Assembly: GCA_013265495.1 (NCBI GenBank)
Contig: MU058584.1
Span: 496,001 to 560,000, forward strand
Length of the DNA: 64,000 bases
Direction of reading: 5' to 3'
From: Vicugna vicugna
Lineage: Eukaryota
Shown here: in pieces, positions 60,901 through 64,000 of the stretch
Layout of the letters: every line of letters starts with the position of its first letter
Position numbering within the stretch: position 1 is the first letter of the stretch
Notes under the pieces: model-generated
The model's input: the letters and a program-made list of their open reading frames with translations, nothing else
Databases searched by the model: none
What the model was told of the DNA's origin: nothing
Program-made: the position numbers and the translations under genes

Positions 60901-63900
60901 AGAGCTGCAACCTTGGCTGAGGCTTTGCGGCTCTGCTGTCAGTGCTGTTACTCCACAGGATCATAGGGACGTCACGGGGTACGGGGAGTGGGTAAGAGAG
61001 GGTGTGAATTTTGATTACAGTGTATTTTACTTTGGGAAGATTTATGACTAAACCTTCTCTCCATGTACCACTTAAAGAAGGGAAGCATTCTCTGTCTTGA
61101 AAGCAAGAGGACAGATTGTTCATGGGGCTTTCTAAGCAAGACTCCCCTCGCACACACCAGTCAAAGCAGCGCCCCTTCTGTCTGCAGTGTGTGGTGTATT
61201 CTCTCCACTCTCCATTTCTGTAAGGAAAGCTGTGTCTCTGAGCAAGAGTCTCCAGGAAACCTGAGGATGCTCAGAAGTGTAGGAAGGATGGCTGACCTCA
61301 GAAAACTTGAGCATGCCAAGTGTGTGAGCCCAGATAACACAGAAGCAGAGAAGGAAGAATTGGCAGTTTGTATAAATGGGTTTGGTTCTTGAAAGCCAAC
61401 AGCAGGTGACAGTTATTTTGGAGAAATTACCAGTACTGCAGAGAAACTGAAGCCTTGAAATACACGGAAGGATTGTTGTGGTTTTGCAAGGGACACTGGC
61501 CTGTTGTTTGCCTGCCTGTCAAGTAGTGAACAAGAGGAAATTAACTTAGCACAACCCTTGACATTTAGAAAGTGCTGTCTGGCGGTTTGTGGTTGATTCA
61601 AGTAAACCAGGGGAGATTTAGGGGGATGTAAGAACGAACTTTTTAACAGCTGTGAAATTAAAACATAAATTAACTGCTGAGATAGGCAGAGAGGGTGCCT
61701 TCACTAGACTTTCGAAAGATAAATGTGTGTTTGTCTGTCTCTCACTAGGTTTTAAAATTCAATTGATGGCTTATTTCTTAAGGTTCACAGTGGATAGTTG
61801 TAGTAATAATTTAAATAACATTTGCATAATGTTTTGCCTTGAAGAAGCCTTAGAAGTCAGCTGTAATACTTGCATTTCTCTGCCTGCCGTTGAAGAGGTG
61901 GGCTTGACTGTCTCACAAGGTCTCTCCCAGCCCTGGACTCCCAGGCTTCTTTCCAGGTCATGCTGTGTCGAGGCAGGTCTGTGACGTATGGCCCGGTTAA
62001 GGTGACAGGAAGACCTTGGACCATGTATCCCAGCACCTCAGATGTCTGTGGAGTAAAGAGGCCAGTTATGAGCAACTGCGGCACCACTTCACGAGCTGGT
62101 CCCCATTCCTTCAGGCCAAGAGAAAGTCAAGTCTGAGGGAGGCAGTCCTCAAATCAAGAATGGCTGAAGTGGAGGATGAAGCAGATGGTCGTTGAACTAA
62201 CTTCTAATAAAAGAAAACCGGCTGAAGTGATCAAGAGCCCTGAAAACACAGTGGGAAGGAAAGATCATCAGATCAAAGCAGTAATAAAAAAAAATCAAGA
62301 TGGACAATTCTATCGAAAGTTTAGATTGAAAATAAGACATGGGAGAAGGAAGATGACCAGGGGCGGGAGTGTGAAACTGCGTGAGTGCTTCAGGGCTGGG
62401 TGGGAAGAGAAAAAGACACCGCGTTCGGGCAGCACACGGGAGCAGGGGCTGGGGTGCGGGTGGGGCTGGGGTGGGGTGCCACGCTCATTGCTATAGATTC
62501 AGATGTGGTTCTGTTAGCAAAGCATTAGGGGGCCTCGCTCCAAACTATCACCTTTCCTAATATTCTCCCGAGGCCCTCTAAGGATAACACATTCCTTTGG
62601 GAAACCCACAGAAATCACATGAGCTGCTTAGGGAATCCTTGCTCCTGTGGGCAGGGGTTGTGCTGGGTTTTCCAAGGACCATGCTTCATGGCTGTGCCAC
62701 CCTCAGCTGGTCTCGAGCAGCAGGTTAGTTGTTTTCTGTCTTCTGGTTTTTCACACTGTGCTGCTGCTTCTCCCAGAGGTTTTGCTTTGAGAAGGCCCCC
62801 TGGGTTCTGCCTTCACCATCTGTGAGTTCCTTGATGGCTTTACCTCATCAATCTTGGTTCATTTCCATGTGTCTTTATGGGTTAGGGGTGCCCAAGCCTT
62901 CCAGGGGCTTAAGAAAAATCTCTGCTCCATGTTCAAACTGGAGAACCCCCAGAGAGATGGTGATGTTGGGGCAACAGTGGTGGTTTCTCTTTGTTCTTCC
63001 ATTTGCCTTTTCTATAGTTATTTCCACAGTTTTAAAGTATTTGTACAGTGGGTTACAGTGTATTTATCCATCTCCTGTCTCATCCATTCTCAATATTTGC
63101 CCATTCCAGAACTGTACAGCCACTATGAGAGAGATTTTTTTTTGCTCTCACTTTAAGGACTGGGGCTGAGAGAAGGACAAGACTTTGCTTGGGCCCCACG
63201 GCAGGTCTGGATCCTCTGTCTGCAGGTTCTGTGCTTTGTGCTTGTGGCAGGCCCCTGCCGGCCAGGTGAGGCCCAGCGGGTTTTGAGCAGGAGTTGGCAT
63301 GGAGACTCCACTGCGGAGCTCTGTGTCTGTGAGTCTTAGATGGGGGAGCTCAGGAGACTTTGCAGGTGACTCAGGACCTTTCATGTTCTCTGTAGCCTGT
63401 GGGTCCCAAAGTCACCAGGCAATCCCCATGGAAATGAGGGGCAATAGGGGCAGAATAGTAGCACCTGGGGGGGGGACAGGGCCATGCATTTTAGAGTTTA
63501 TTACATTCAGAGAGAGGGATAATGACAGAGCAAGAGACGAGAACTTAAGACAGAAGCACAACATAATTGGTTCCAGTTGGGTCCAAAAAGGTGAGACCAT
63601 GAAGAAAAATCATGTGACCACCATAAAATACTCTTTGAAAAGTATACAGTATGGAAAGGTGCTGTGGAACTGAATCTCTGAATGCACTGGACTCATGGAA
63701 AAGGCTGAAGATGAGAGGGAAGACGTGTGACAAGAGAGAAGCACATGACCGAGGGAAATTCTCAAGTCCCGTTGTTCTAACCATGTCTCTCCTTTTTTTC
63801 CCTATAGTAGAGAACTGTCTAATCTTCAAACTAGAAACACTGAGACATAAGTGACTTTAAAAAATTGAAGAAGTTCAAAAACCATGAGGAAAATGGCACA

Positions 63901-64000
63901 CGTCCCTCACTCCTTTAAGTGTGTCCAGGCCTCGATCACTTAGACCCTGGAGTCCTAAAGAAGGTGATTGCAAAATCATGAGGAATGGATGAGATATGAG

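Larger units (their letters stand above)
1..64000 (+). other. NOS1AP: Window lies within the NOS1AP gene body (end of intron 2, exon 3, intron 3 at 31024-42546, exon 4, start of intron 4)
   Basis: Two consecutive NOS1AP exons are present. I did not see the flanking exons (...VAAMRRIR; IFYVSHDSQD...) in the window. Confidence 0.85.

Noticed and set aside
1..64000. CRISPR arrays, operons, rRNA genes, CpG-island promoter
   Set aside because: None seen. This is CpG-depleted mammalian intronic DNA with no repeat-spacer periodicity.

Overview
Mammalian genomic DNA, very likely camelid (two tRNA-derived SINEs of the camelid Vic-1 type; I saw no Alu or ruminant Bov-tA-type SINEs). The window lies inside NOS1AP (CAPON) on the + strand. 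It holds two coding exons of the N-terminal PTB domain (30931-31023; 42547/42562-42620 with tandem acceptors giving +/- LLLLQ). The rest is intron, dense in old transposable elements (L1, L2, CR1/L3, MIR, MaLR/ERVL LTRs, hAT MITEs) and microsatellites. The supplied ORFs are chance or repeat-derived. I found no multi-gene novel system. Best leads: a candidate in-frame 12-nt microexon or recursive splice site at 59394-59405, a diverged inverted copy of nearby sequence inserted into an L1 (18037-18258 vs ~16619-16788), and several direct-repeat-flanked micro-insertions. Repeat subfamily names and most repeat boundaries were judged by eye and are approximate.
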